Assembly (NCBI GenBank): GCA_041665025.1
Contig: JBAYJP010000004.1
Span: 26,311 to 90,310, forward strand
Length of the DNA: 64,000 bases
Direction of reading: 5' to 3'
Source of the DNA: Candidatus Magasanikiibacteriota bacterium
GTDB lineage: Bacteria; Patescibacteriota; Patescibacteriia; Magasanikbacterales; UBA922
The position numbers were made by a program, and so were the translations under genes. Positions 19,453 to 28,521 of the stretch are shown piece by piece. The first letter of the stretch is position 1; the number at the start of each line of letters is the position of its first letter. The notes beneath the pieces were generated by a model that saw only the letters and a program-made list of their open reading frames with translations, was not told where the DNA came from and made no database searches.

Positions 19453-19491
19453 ATAAGTAGCTAAGTTGGCTAAGTTACCTAAGTTGCGGAT
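19453..19491. repeat. left inverted repeat flanking four-helix-bundle gene (ctaagtt x3)
   Basis: taagtagctaagttggctaagttacctaagttg. Its partner lies at 19846-19895. Confidence 0.6.
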
Positions 19492-19845
19492 ATGGGGACG
19501 TATAAAGATTTGGATGTATATAATAGATCATTTAAATGTTCTATTGCGATTTATAAATTAAGTTTAGAATTGCCAAAATATTTGCAGTATGATATTGCAG
19601 ATGATATACGAAGGGCAGCGCGGTCAATTCCATCCAATATTGCTGAAGGATATGGTAGAGATAAATCTAGTGCTGACAAAATAAATTTTCTTAGAACCTC
19701 GCTTGGTTCTAATGATGAGGTATTATTTAATCTTGAGTTTATATTTCAACTAGGTTTAATCAAAAGAGAAAGATATGAAAAAGCAGTCGAGCAGTATACC
19801 ATTATAGGGGCAGAGCTTTTTAAACTCATTCAGACATTAAAATAA
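19492..19845 (+). CDS. four-helix-bundle protein (23S rRNA intervening-sequence protein family)
   Basis: The 117-aa protein has SIPSNIAEGYGR at its core, which is the family hallmark. Confidence 0.8.
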   Translation: MGTYKDLDVYNRSFKCSIAIYKLSLELPKYLQYDIADDIRRAARSIPSNIAEGYGRDKSSADKINFLRTSLGSNDEVLFNLEFIFQLGLIKRERYEKAVEQYTIIGAELFKLIQTLK

Positions 19846-19895
19846 TTTTCAACTTAGATAACTCAGGTACTTAGTTAACTTAGCTACTTACGTAT
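19846..19895. repeat. right inverted repeat flanking four-helix-bundle gene
   Basis: caacttagataactcaggtacttagttaacttagctactta is the reverse complement of the left repeat. Confidence 0.6.
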
Positions 19896-20486
19896 ATGTT
19901 AACCCTTCGTCAACGAATTTTCATTATCTCAGGAATAATCATCGGGGTGATACTCGCGGTTGTTTTATTTATTTTATATGCGCGCGCTCCTAAAGCTCCC
20001 GATGCCGATGTCATAGAGGAACAGGCTGACCAAAATCAAGCGAATGTAAATACACAGCAAACGCAAATACCGCGCGTTATTGTACCTGCTCCAACTTCTA
20101 CAGTTCCACAAACCCCAGAAGAAGTATATATGAAGCAACTTGCCAAAATGTTTGTTGAGCGGTTTTTGAGTTATTCAAATCAATCAGGAGATCAACATCT
20201 CGAAGACGTATTGACATTTGTTACGCCAAAGATGAAAGCATGGGTTCTCAATCAGGCTGTGGAACAAAAACAGGTGTATGAAGGAATGACAACTTCTGTA
20301 TTAAGTACACACGTTTTGGAAAAGACAGGAGACAAGGCAAAAATTGAAATCGGTGCACAACAAATCGTAACCAGAGAAAAAGAAAATGGCGGGATAGAGA
20401 CGCTCACCGAACAAAAAACAGGCAGTGTTGATTTGGTAAAAGTTGGGGGTGAATGGAAAGTGGATGGGGTGTGGTGGGACGAATAA
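19896..20486 (+). CDS. membrane-anchored hypothetical protein (possible VirB8-like NTF2-fold periplasmic protein)
   Basis: A single N-terminal TM helix followed by a ~150-aa soluble domain. Position is right after VirB4. The fold assignment is speculative. Confidence 0.4.
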   Translation: MLTLRQRIFIISGIIIGVILAVVLFILYARAPKAPDADVIEEQADQNQANVNTQQTQIPRVIVPAPTSTVPQTPEEVYMKQLAKMFVERFLSYSNQSGDQHLEDVLTFVTPKMKAWVLNQAVEQKQVYEGMTTSVLSTHVLEKTGDKAKIEIGAQQIVTREKENGGIETLTEQKTGSVDLVKVGGEWKVDGVWWDE

Positions 20487-20559
20487 CGTAGTTATAAAGT
20501 TGAAAGTTATAAAGTTTGTAAAGTTCAAATCAATTTTTCATAATTCATCATTAATCTTA

Positions 20560-21810
20560 ATGTCTATGGAACAAGCCATGACGGCCACTAAGACAGTGAC
20601 CAATACCAAGCTGCTTGTAGCAACAGCCGTAATGCTCGTGGCAGGAGGATTGGCATTTGCCGTGGCGCCATTTAGTTATTCTCGAGAAGGTGCAAATTGT
20701 ATAGACTCAGTCACACTCGAGAAACAGTGTGGCAAAACGGGCTATAACTCCGCGTCGTTCACCTGTAGTGATGGTACTAAAATCGTTCAGTCAGAGAAAA
20801 AATGTCTAACTGCGAAGCAATGGGATTCCTACAGTGCACAATTATGCAAATCGCATTGTAAGGCAACAGGAGTAACTAAAAAAAATCTTGACCCAAGCTC
20901 AGGCCAAGTGAGAGAACTTTGCAGCGACAACCAAGATAATGATGGCGACCAATTGGTTGATTGTGCTGATAATGAATGTAATAGCGATACAAATTGTGCT
21001 GCCGTAAGCAGGACTGGGACGGGAGAGATACCCTCAACTGCAGTTATCTTTGCAGATATTAATTTAGAAAATGCTGTTCGGGAAACAATTAATAAGCCCA
21101 ATGGGTATGTCCTTAAGTCAGACGTCAATTCTATAGCAGAATTACGACTGAATGGGAAAGGGATTTTGAACCTTCAAGGTTTAGAAGAATTTAGGTCCTT
21201 GGTACTCTTAGATTTAAGAGACAACCAGATTAGTGATATTGCTCCGATAACTAGTCTGACAGGATTAATGAATCTTAATATAGATAATAATCGGATCACC
21301 AGTCTAGGTCAGTTTCGTCATCTTATAGCTTTGCAAGAATTATCTTTAAGGCAAAACCAGATAACGAGTATGGATATCCAGGGATCAATTTCTGGATTAA
21401 AAAGATTATATCTTAGCAACAATCAGATAAATGACATGAGTGGACTTATCACTCCACTATCATTATTTGCGTTTCCTATGTTGGAAGAGATCTATTTGGA
21501 TAATAATCAGATAAGTTCTCTGAGTGCTTTTAGCGGGGTGCAGACTATCAAAAAATTGAATCTAGCAAATAATCCAATTAGTGATATTTCTCCTTTGGAT
21601 TCTTCCTTACAGATAACATTTATTGATTTAACTAACAATCCCATACATAGTCTTGAAAGGATGAGATATTGGAATAGCTTACAAAGAGTTTTGGTGGGAG
21701 GAACTGCTTTAGATGGTCCTGAAGATTGCACGATGATTGGTAATCTCAGGGCGAGAGGGGTTACGGTAATAGTAGACAGTAGGATAAGTAATACCCTGTG
21801 TGAAATTTAA
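20560..21810 (+). CDS. surface protein: N-terminal signal-anchor, 6-Cys module, leucine-rich repeats
   Basis: Hydrophobic KLLVATAVMLVAGGLAFAV, then a 6-Cys region, then LRRs (LxxLxLxxNxIsdi, about 10 repeats). Confidence 0.6.
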   Translation: MSMEQAMTATKTVTNTKLLVATAVMLVAGGLAFAVAPFSYSREGANCIDSVTLEKQCGKTGYNSASFTCSDGTKIVQSEKKCLTAKQWDSYSAQLCKSHCKATGVTKKNLDPSSGQVRELCSDNQDNDGDQLVDCADNECNSDTNCAAVSRTGTGEIPSTAVIFADINLENAVRETINKPNGYVLKSDVNSIAELRLNGKGILNLQGLEEFRSLVLLDLRDNQISDIAPITSLTGLMNLNIDNNRITSLGQFRHLIALQELSLRQNQITSMDIQGSISGLKRLYLSNNQINDMSGLITPLSLFAFPMLEEIYLDNNQISSLSAFSGVQTIKKLNLANNPISDISPLDSSLQITFIDLTNNPIHSLERMRYWNSLQRVLVGGTALDGPEDCTMIGNLRARGVTVIVDSRISNTLCEI

Positions 21811-21843
21811 GACTTTAAAAAGCAATTTATTAATTCAATATAT

Positions 21844-23190
21844 ATGGAACAAACTATGACTGTCACTAAGAGTATAACCAATACCAAGCTGCTCGTGGCA
21901 ACAGGCGTAATGCTCGCAGCAGGAGGACTCGCATTTGCGACAGTGCCATTATCATATCAAAATGCACAGGGACAAAAATGCGGGGTAAATAGTTATAGTG
22001 TATCTCAAAATTGTGGGGGTTCTTCGTACAGACAAGCTAAAATCACATGTCACGATGGAAGTTCATATAATTTAGGAGGTCCTACATCATGTAAACCAGC
22101 AAAGACATGGGAGACGTATGCACAAAAACAATGCTATAATAGATGTGCAGTGCCTGTTTCAGCTCCACAGCTCACCATGGCAAGAGCTAGTGACTATGTT
22201 TCTGGAGACATGATTTTGGATAACAGATTTTTAATGGATCGTTTTATTTTGTCGGCTTCGAATCAAGAAGATATCCAGCTCAACCGAATGACATTTGCTA
22301 TCCTAAGAGCAGGAAGTGGTACTTTTTCTGGTAGAAATTGGAAACTTTCTTTTAATGATGGGGCTCAAGAATTTCAAAGCGAAGCTACGTATTCGTCGTC
22401 TCTTTCTGGCAGTGTTACATTTGATACCAATGTTATCATTCCAAAGGGGACGAATGTAAGGGCGACGCTTTATACAGATACGACCGAATCCCAAGGCGAT
22501 GTCTTTGTTTATACTGCACTTCGTGATCCTGGTGTAGTAGCTCGAGGTGTATCGAGTGCACAAAATGCTCAAATTATGGGGTTGCCTATTGTATGTCCAA
22601 CACGTTATGGGGAGTTTCCAACTATGACAACGTCAACAGCTTTCCCGGTAGTAGCGTTGCGTCCGTTAGACAGCACTCGTCTTATGAATGGCACAGGAGA
22701 TTTATTTAAGTTTACTATAACTGCCGCATCAGACGATATTTCTCTTTATGGCGTAACTTTCGATATCCAATCTTACAATGTATCAGTAGATAATTTATAT
22801 CTGTATGACGTGACAAACAGTAGTTTTGAGATACAGTTAAACAGTACAACAGGTACTGCTGGTTTATGGCAAACAGTGGGCAGTGACTGGGCAACAAATT
22901 ATCCAAATAAAGAAATAGCCATATCAGGTGGCACTTCACGTACGTTTGTAGTAAGAGGTAATATAAGAGGAGCTACTATAGGTTCTGCAGTCATGGTGAG
23001 ATTGGCCGGTGATGCCAATTCTATACCTGCAGGTAGCGCTGCACAGATTGACGCGAGTGCTGACGGCGATTTTATCTGGTCTGATAGGAGTAATGCAAGC
23101 CATGGTATAACAACAGATGATTGGTTTAATGGTTATGGTGTTTCAGGGCTTCCTGCAACATTCACTAATTATCAGACGTTAGCCTACTAA
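21844..23190 (+). CDS. paralogous surface protein: same N-terminal anchor and 6-Cys module, divergent beta-rich C-terminus
   Basis: MEQTMTVTKSITNTKLLVATGVML... and the same 6-Cys spacing as the upstream gene. The C-terminal part is unrelated. Confidence 0.55.
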   Translation: MEQTMTVTKSITNTKLLVATGVMLAAGGLAFATVPLSYQNAQGQKCGVNSYSVSQNCGGSSYRQAKITCHDGSSYNLGGPTSCKPAKTWETYAQKQCYNRCAVPVSAPQLTMARASDYVSGDMILDNRFLMDRFILSASNQEDIQLNRMTFAILRAGSGTFSGRNWKLSFNDGAQEFQSEATYSSSLSGSVTFDTNVIIPKGTNVRATLYTDTTESQGDVFVYTALRDPGVVARGVSSAQNAQIMGLPIVCPTRYGEFPTMTTSTAFPVVALRPLDSTRLMNGTGDLFKFTITAASDDISLYGVTFDIQSYNVSVDNLYLYDVTNSSFEIQLNSTTGTAGLWQTVGSDWATNYPNKEIAISGGTSRTFVVRGNIRGATIGSAVMVRLAGDANSIPAGSAAQIDASADGDFIWSDRSNASHGITTDDWFNGYGVSGLPATFTNYQTLAY

Positions 23191-23265
23191 CTAAATTTGA
23201 GTAGTCATCAAAAAAGCTCGCTATATTGGCGGGCTTTTTATATTGCCATGTCTAGTATGTTTTAT

Positions 23266-23982
23266 TTATCCTCGCGCAATGGTAAATCCGATTGTTTGTG
23301 TCGCGTTATTTTCTTTTAGTACCTTGGCACATTCTTGCATCGTACTTCCAGTAGTAAATACGTCATCAACAATGATTATCGTCTTATTTTTTATCATATC
23401 TTTTTGCGTCTCTTCGATTTCAAATGCATTTGCGAGATTTGTCAGTCGACCTCCACGATTTAATTTGGCCTGCTGTTTGGTATGCCGTGATCGTTTTAGT
23501 GGTTTCAATAATGGAATATGCATTATATTAGAAATAATTTGTGCGAGGAGTTCAGCTTGGTTAAATCCGCGTTCAGCGTATCGTCGTTTGTGAAGGGGGA
23601 TGGGTATCAAAAAGTCTGCTTCGAGTTTATAGCGCGAAAGAAAATGTAAAAATATTTTTTCACATGTTCCCAAAATATCTTGCGCATATGAATACTTGAG
23701 CGTATGTATGATGTTGCCCTTGAGGGAATGTTCTTGATACGGTGTTATTGCAATATGAAGGTCCAAAGATGATTGAGGTCTGCATGCCTCACAGCATACC
23801 CCATCTGGTTGTTTTGCATGGCATACAGGACAACAAAAAACACCCGACAAGTCGAGCGTTTTAAAACATTGTTCGCATACAAATGATCCCTCGACATTGC
23901 AACCAAGACAGTACATGGGAAACACGATATCTTTGACTGTCGTTAGATATTTTTGAATCAGTTTGTTTCCCTCCCTAAACAT
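23266..23982 (-). CDS. comF: ComF-family protein (phosphoribosyltransferase-like, Cys4 N-terminus)
   Basis: CLGC..CEQC..CPVCH zinc finger and a PRTase motif IIVDDVFTTGST. Confidence 0.8.
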   Translation of the reverse strand: MFREGNKLIQKYLTTVKDIVFPMYCLGCNVEGSFVCEQCFKTLDLSGVFCCPVCHAKQPDGVCCEACRPQSSLDLHIAITPYQEHSLKGNIIHTLKYSYAQDILGTCEKIFLHFLSRYKLEADFLIPIPLHKRRYAERGFNQAELLAQIISNIMHIPLLKPLKRSRHTKQQAKLNRGGRLTNLANAFEIEETQKDMIKNKTIIIVDDVFTTGSTMQECAKVLKENNATQTIGFTIARG

Positions 23983-24097
23983 ACTTTGTATATCGAAAAA
24001 TATTAAGATATTACGATATTGAAATTGTTACATTACGTTTTCACGTATCACGTAACACATAGCCCAACATGTAAAGTCTGTGTGTTTCATGAGGTGT

Positions 24098-25216
24098 TTA
24101 TGTGGTACTATGACCGCGCGTCCAATCGAGTATCACTTTTTTGACATCATCTGAATCAACAGTGATGACCCCTTTTTTCTGCAATTCATTTTCAAGAGCT
24201 TCTCTTTTTTTGAGAAGTTGTTTTTTTTTGCTCTCTGGTGTCTTTTGTAGGCCAGTATCTATGGCTTGAATTTCTTTCCAAATTTGTGCAACTTCCGGAT
24301 GTGCTTCCACTGCCGCCTGGTAAAGGATAGGGACTATAGATTCATGTACATGAGATACTTTTATCATTGCTGCGGCTTCATCTATCGCGTCTATCGCCTT
24401 GTCGGGCAATGTGCGTGTCTTTATGAGCTTATGTGATAATTCAGCAGCTACAATGAGAGCTGTATCAGTAAATTCAACTTTATGATACGTCCTATATTTA
24501 TCTTTGATGCCTTGTAGTATCTTTAACGTTTCTTTTACATCAGGTTCTTGTATTTCTACTGGTTGGAATCTGCGTTCAAGGCTTGGGTTGGTCAAAATAT
24601 ATTTTGCATACTCGTCTGTCGTCGTGGCGCCGATCATTTGTAATTCTCCTCGAGCCAAAGCAGGCTTGAGGATATCGGCAAAATTGACAGATCCTTCCGT
24701 ACCATGCGACTGTACGATAGAATGAATTTCGTCGATAAACAAGATAATAGAACGGTTTGCCTTTTCTATTTCTTCAAGAATTTTACGAATTCTTTTTTCA
24801 AATTCTCCGCGGTATTTGGTATCAGAGAGAAGCTTGGAAACTTCGAGAGAAATAACACGTTTATTTTTGAGTATGTCTGGGACGTTATTTTCAGCAACTT
24901 GTACTGCAAAACCTTCTACAATTGCAGTTTTTCCTACGCCTGGAGATCCCACAAGAATGGCATTATTTTTATTTCGGCGAATGAGGACTTGGGTTAGCTT
25001 GCGTATCTCATCGTCACGTCCGATTACCGGATCTATTTTTTTTATTCGGGCGAGTGCAGTGAAATCAATAGAAAAAGAATTAAGCATGGGAGTGGAAGAT
25101 GGGGCATACGTTTTTGCCCCCGCGTTATTTTTATTTTTATGTATTGCCAAAAAAAGTACAGTAATGATAATAAGAAGACCGAGTAGAGGAACATTATTCC
25201 AAAAAAGTGATGACAT
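24098..25216 (-). CDS. membrane-anchored Clp/Hsp100-type AAA+ ATPase, D1 domain only (truncated relative to ClpB/ClpC)
   Basis: N-terminal TM, then RDDEIRKLTQVL, Walker A GSPGVGKTAIVEG, Walker B ILFIDEIH, then a GAR-rich region. The protein ends at the motif that normally precedes D2 (VILDWTRG). Confidence 0.65.
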   Translation of the reverse strand: MSSLFWNNVPLLGLLIIITVLFLAIHKNKNNAGAKTYAPSSTPMLNSFSIDFTALARIKKIDPVIGRDDEIRKLTQVLIRRNKNNAILVGSPGVGKTAIVEGFAVQVAENNVPDILKNKRVISLEVSKLLSDTKYRGEFEKRIRKILEEIEKANRSIILFIDEIHSIVQSHGTEGSVNFADILKPALARGELQMIGATTTDEYAKYILTNPSLERRFQPVEIQEPDVKETLKILQGIKDKYRTYHKVEFTDTALIVAAELSHKLIKTRTLPDKAIDAIDEAAAMIKVSHVHESIVPILYQAAVEAHPEVAQIWKEIQAIDTGLQKTPESKKKQLLKKREALENELQKKGVITVDSDDVKKVILDWTRGHSTT

Positions 25217-25287
25217 AGTAAATATTAGTTAATAATTGCATCCAGTATACCACTAAAATAACAAAAAATCACCTGCAGGGTGATTCT

Positions 25288-25375
25288 TGGCGGAGAGGGA
25301 GGGATTCGAACCCTCGAGACCTTGCGGTCTGCAGCTTTAGCAAAGCTGGACGATCGACCACTCTGACACCTCTCC
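25288..25375 (-). tRNA. tRNA-Ser (anticodon GCU), CCA encoded
   Basis: Manual fold gives acceptor GGAGAGG/CCUCUCC, anticodon loop UUGCUAA, a long variable arm, and T-loop UUCGAAU. Confidence 0.8.
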
Positions 25376-25391
25376 CAAATTGTTTTTTAAA

Positions 25392-25481
25392 TGGCGGAGA
25401 GATAGGGATTCGAACCCTAGGTCCACTTTCGCGGACTGCAGTTTAGTAAACTGCTGCTATCGACCACTCAGCCATCTCTCC
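25392..25481 (-). tRNA. tRNA-Ser-like, class II, anticodon loop reads UUACUAA (anticodon ACU, atypical A34)
   Basis: Perfect 7-bp acceptor GGAGAGA/UCUCUCC, T-arm UAGGG-UUCGAAU-CCCUA, long variable arm, CCA encoded. Confidence 0.6.
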
Positions 25482-25555
25482 TCGCAGTTATAAAGTTGAA
25501 AGTTTATAAAGTTATAACGTAACAATATTGGACATTATAACTTTTAACTTCGGCG

Positions 25556-25642
25556 CGGAGAGATAGGGATTCGAACCCTAGGTGGACTTTCATCCACAAC
25601 GGTTTTCAAGACCGCCGCCTTAAACCGCTCAGCCATCTCTCC
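25556..25642 (-). tRNA. tRNA-Ser (anticodon UGA), CCA not encoded
   Basis: Same acceptor and T-arm as the previous gene. Anticodon loop CUUGAAA, long variable arm. Confidence 0.8.
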
Positions 25643-25750
25643 GTATTCTCGTATATAAGTAGCCCTCAGTATACCTCAAAATAGGCTGTTCGTCAACAGT
25701 ACATGGGCATCTCTTTAACTTTTATGCAAATTTGCTATACTTGTTCTCAT

Positions 25751-26209
25751 ATGGAAGATAATACACCTAATGGGTTTGCCATGATTTTGGACAACACAGT
25801 TTCAGAAGATGAAACTGAGGTTGATGCTCACCCGGTCTTTGGAACCGAAGGCGAAATGTGGGAACTTACCAAAGACGAGGGAAAATTGGCAGTTGACGTG
25901 GCGTATAATGATACGTGTGTTTTTGTGACGACTACCATGGCAGGCGCGGTCGCCGACCGGATAGAAGTATTTGTTCACGACGATTTGTTGACGATACGCG
26001 GTATGCGTCGTGACCCGCTTGAAGATGAGAAAGATATCATGCACGTGCACAACGAATGTTTTTGGGGGGTGTTTTCTCGTACCATTGTATTACCCACAGA
26101 AGTAAAAGGAGATTTGTCACAAGCGACATACAAAAGTGGTATTTTATTTATAAAAATTCCAAAACGAAAGGCTGATGCAAAAATACCTATTCGTATTGTG
26201 GAAGAATAA
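25751..26209 (+). CDS. Hsp20/alpha-crystallin family small heat-shock protein
   Basis: Alpha-crystallin domain pattern ...LTIRGMRR...FSRTIVLP...ATYKSGILFIKIPK. Confidence 0.8.
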   Translation: MEDNTPNGFAMILDNTVSEDETEVDAHPVFGTEGEMWELTKDEGKLAVDVAYNDTCVFVTTTMAGAVADRIEVFVHDDLLTIRGMRRDPLEDEKDIMHVHNECFWGVFSRTIVLPTEVKGDLSQATYKSGILFIKIPKRKADAKIPIRIVEE

Positions 26210-26213
26210 CTAT

Positions 26214-26339
26214 GTGCGAACTACGAAATTATACGAAAGTACGAACTACGGAAATTTCGTAATTCGTACTTTCGTAAACTTTTCGCGAAAAGCGACGTGG
26301 TCGCCTCGCGACTTTACGTCGTAATTTCGTATATCACAT
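26214..26339. repeat. TACGAAA-family palindromic element (long variant)
   Basis: tatgtgcgaactacgaaattatacgaaagtacgaactacgg...tttcgtaattcgtactttcgtaa plus a GC palindrome gcgacgtggtcgcctcgc. Confidence 0.6.
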
Positions 26340-28376
26340 ATGGACCTTAAAGGTTTTTTTTCTAATCACATAAAACCAATACTTTTTTCTTGGCGTCGTG
26401 TTGGTGTTTCTGTTCTTGTCGTTGCTGGGCTTGTGGGTATTTTTTTATTGGCGGGTTTTGGGTATGTGAAAGCATATGAAGGAAAAGTGCTACCCGGGAT
26501 TTTTATTGGGGATATATCAATCGGGGGAATGGACAAAGAGGAGCTGGGTAATTTTATCCGCCAGATGAATACTAAACTTTTGGATGAAGGTATTTTTGTT
26601 TCATTCCAGTCTGATGGTCAGAAAAAAGAATTCACTATCAACCCAGTCACCGTGGGGGATCAGACTGCCGAAGAATTGATTACATTAGACGTAGATAAAG
26701 AAATATCATACCTTTTGCAGTATGGACGCGGAGGTGGTTGGTTTGACACAGTCGTAAATACAGTCTTGACGCGCGTGCGTCAACCTCATCTCACATTACA
26801 AACAGTACAAATACAGAAAAATTATATTCTAGATCAGATTCGTGGATCTCTTGAGGGGTACATTGTTGAGCCTGTTGATTCAAATATACGTATAAAGACG
26901 CTCGCACCTCTTACGTATGAAGTGACATCGTCTACTCCGGGAAATACGTTTGATTATGAACAGGTATTAAGTACGGTGAAACGCTCATGGTCAGAATTAA
27001 CTTCTCCACAAGTAGCTATTACTTCATACACAAAAAATCCAACCATTGTTGAATCTGATGTGCAAGGAATGAGTAACCGATTACAAGCGGTTTTTACACC
27101 GGGCCGGCTTGATATACTTTTTACTGATCCATACACTACACGTGAATATACGTGGTTTGTTTCTCCAGAAGAAATGGCTTCGTGGATTGAAGTTGAGCGC
27201 GTATCTGATGGTTCACTCGTGTTTGGCCTCAACTATGAGCGTACCGTAGCTTTTTTGAAAAAAGATATTAGTGACGTCGTGAATGTGGAAGCTGAAGATG
27301 CAAAATTTAACGTGGCTTCAAATGGTAAGGTGGTAGAATTCCAAGGTTCGCGTCCTGGGGTTACGGTTGACCTTGAAAAAACATATGCAGATATCAATCA
27401 AGCATTTATTGGGCGTACATTGCATGACGAAGGGGTAGTGAAGGCAATCACGCTCACTACCATGCAGGTCGAACCAAATATAAAGACAGGCGAGGTGAAT
27501 GACTTGGGAATTTCTGAAGTTCTTGGTTTTGGCCATTCCAAATTTCGTGGCAGTCCAGGGAATCGTATAAAAAATATTCGTCATGCGGCATTTGATAAAT
27601 TGAATGGACTTTTGATCAAACCTGGTCAAGAATTTTCTTTGATACAAGCTTTGCAACCTTTTACGGTAGAAGATGGATATTTGCCTGAGCTGGTCATAAA
27701 AGGGGATAGGATAGTGCCAGAATTGGGTGGGGGTTTGTGCCAAGTGGGTACGACCATGTTTCGTGCTGCTATGAACTCCGGCCTTGTTATCACTGAACGT
27801 AGAAATCATTCGTTGGTTGTCCCTTATTACAATGATTTATCCAATGGAAATCCGGGGACAGATGCGACGATTTACGAACCTCATCCGGACTTTCGATTTT
27901 TAAATGACACAGGTAAACACATCCTCATAACTTCAGAATTCAATACACAAACATCTGACTTGTATTTTTATTTTTGGGGTACAAACGATGGCAGGAAAGG
28001 ATATTATTCTGCTCCGCAAGTTTCAAGGTGGATTCCCGCTGGTGAACCTCGTATGATAGAGACTACAGAACTTCCTGTAGGGAAAAAAGAGTGTCAGGAA
28101 GTACATATGGGGGCAGAGGCTAGTTTTACCTACACACGTGAACTTGCGTCTGGAGAAAAAATACAAAAAGTCTTTGAAAGCTATTATCGTCCGCTTCCTC
28201 AAATTTGTTTGGTAGGCGTAGAAAAAGTGGCTGAGACTACATGTCCAGAAGGACAAGAATGTCCAACAACTGAAATCCCTTCAGACACACCAATTGGCGA
28301 ACAGGGTTTTGATCCAAATGTTGACTTGTGGGGGAGTAATCCTCCAGCTGAAGCTGGTACGAGTACGGTTAATTAG
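26340..28376 (+). CDS. VanW-family protein with N-terminal TM anchor
   Basis: VanW core GGGLCQVGTTMFRAAMNSGL and preceding G5-like beta region. Length 678 aa. Confidence 0.75.
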   Translation: MDLKGFFSNHIKPILFSWRRVGVSVLVVAGLVGIFLLAGFGYVKAYEGKVLPGIFIGDISIGGMDKEELGNFIRQMNTKLLDEGIFVSFQSDGQKKEFTINPVTVGDQTAEELITLDVDKEISYLLQYGRGGGWFDTVVNTVLTRVRQPHLTLQTVQIQKNYILDQIRGSLEGYIVEPVDSNIRIKTLAPLTYEVTSSTPGNTFDYEQVLSTVKRSWSELTSPQVAITSYTKNPTIVESDVQGMSNRLQAVFTPGRLDILFTDPYTTREYTWFVSPEEMASWIEVERVSDGSLVFGLNYERTVAFLKKDISDVVNVEAEDAKFNVASNGKVVEFQGSRPGVTVDLEKTYADINQAFIGRTLHDEGVVKAITLTTMQVEPNIKTGEVNDLGISEVLGFGHSKFRGSPGNRIKNIRHAAFDKLNGLLIKPGQEFSLIQALQPFTVEDGYLPELVIKGDRIVPELGGGLCQVGTTMFRAAMNSGLVITERRNHSLVVPYYNDLSNGNPGTDATIYEPHPDFRFLNDTGKHILITSEFNTQTSDLYFYFWGTNDGRKGYYSAPQVSRWIPAGEPRMIETTELPVGKKECQEVHMGAEASFTYTRELASGEKIQKVFESYYRPLPQICLVGVEKVAETTCPEGQECPTTEIPSDTPIGEQGFDPNVDLWGSNPPAEAGTSTVN

Positions 28377-28430
28377 TTTGTATTTTTTAAGTTGTTTTTT
28401 GTAAGATTTAATCCGTATAGATTATTTTTT

Positions 28431-28521
28431 TCTTCGGCAGCGCAACTCACCCCGTCCCGAATACTCGGGACACCCCTCTCTTACTAAGAGAGGGGTCGGG
28501 GGTGAGTTGTGTGGAAGAAAA
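28431..28521. repeat. GC-rich nested-hairpin element (family with 60175-60290)
   Basis: Outer stem gcaactcacccc/ggggtgagttg encloses hairpins gtcccgaatactcgggac and cccctctcttactaagagagggg. Confidence 0.7.

Noticed and set aside
20443-20559. Upstream extension of the LRR protein ORF (track start 20443)
   Set aside because: It overlaps the 3' end of the preceding gene and runs through TATAACTTT repeat DNA. The paralog begins MEQTM, so the start at 20560/20566 is preferred.
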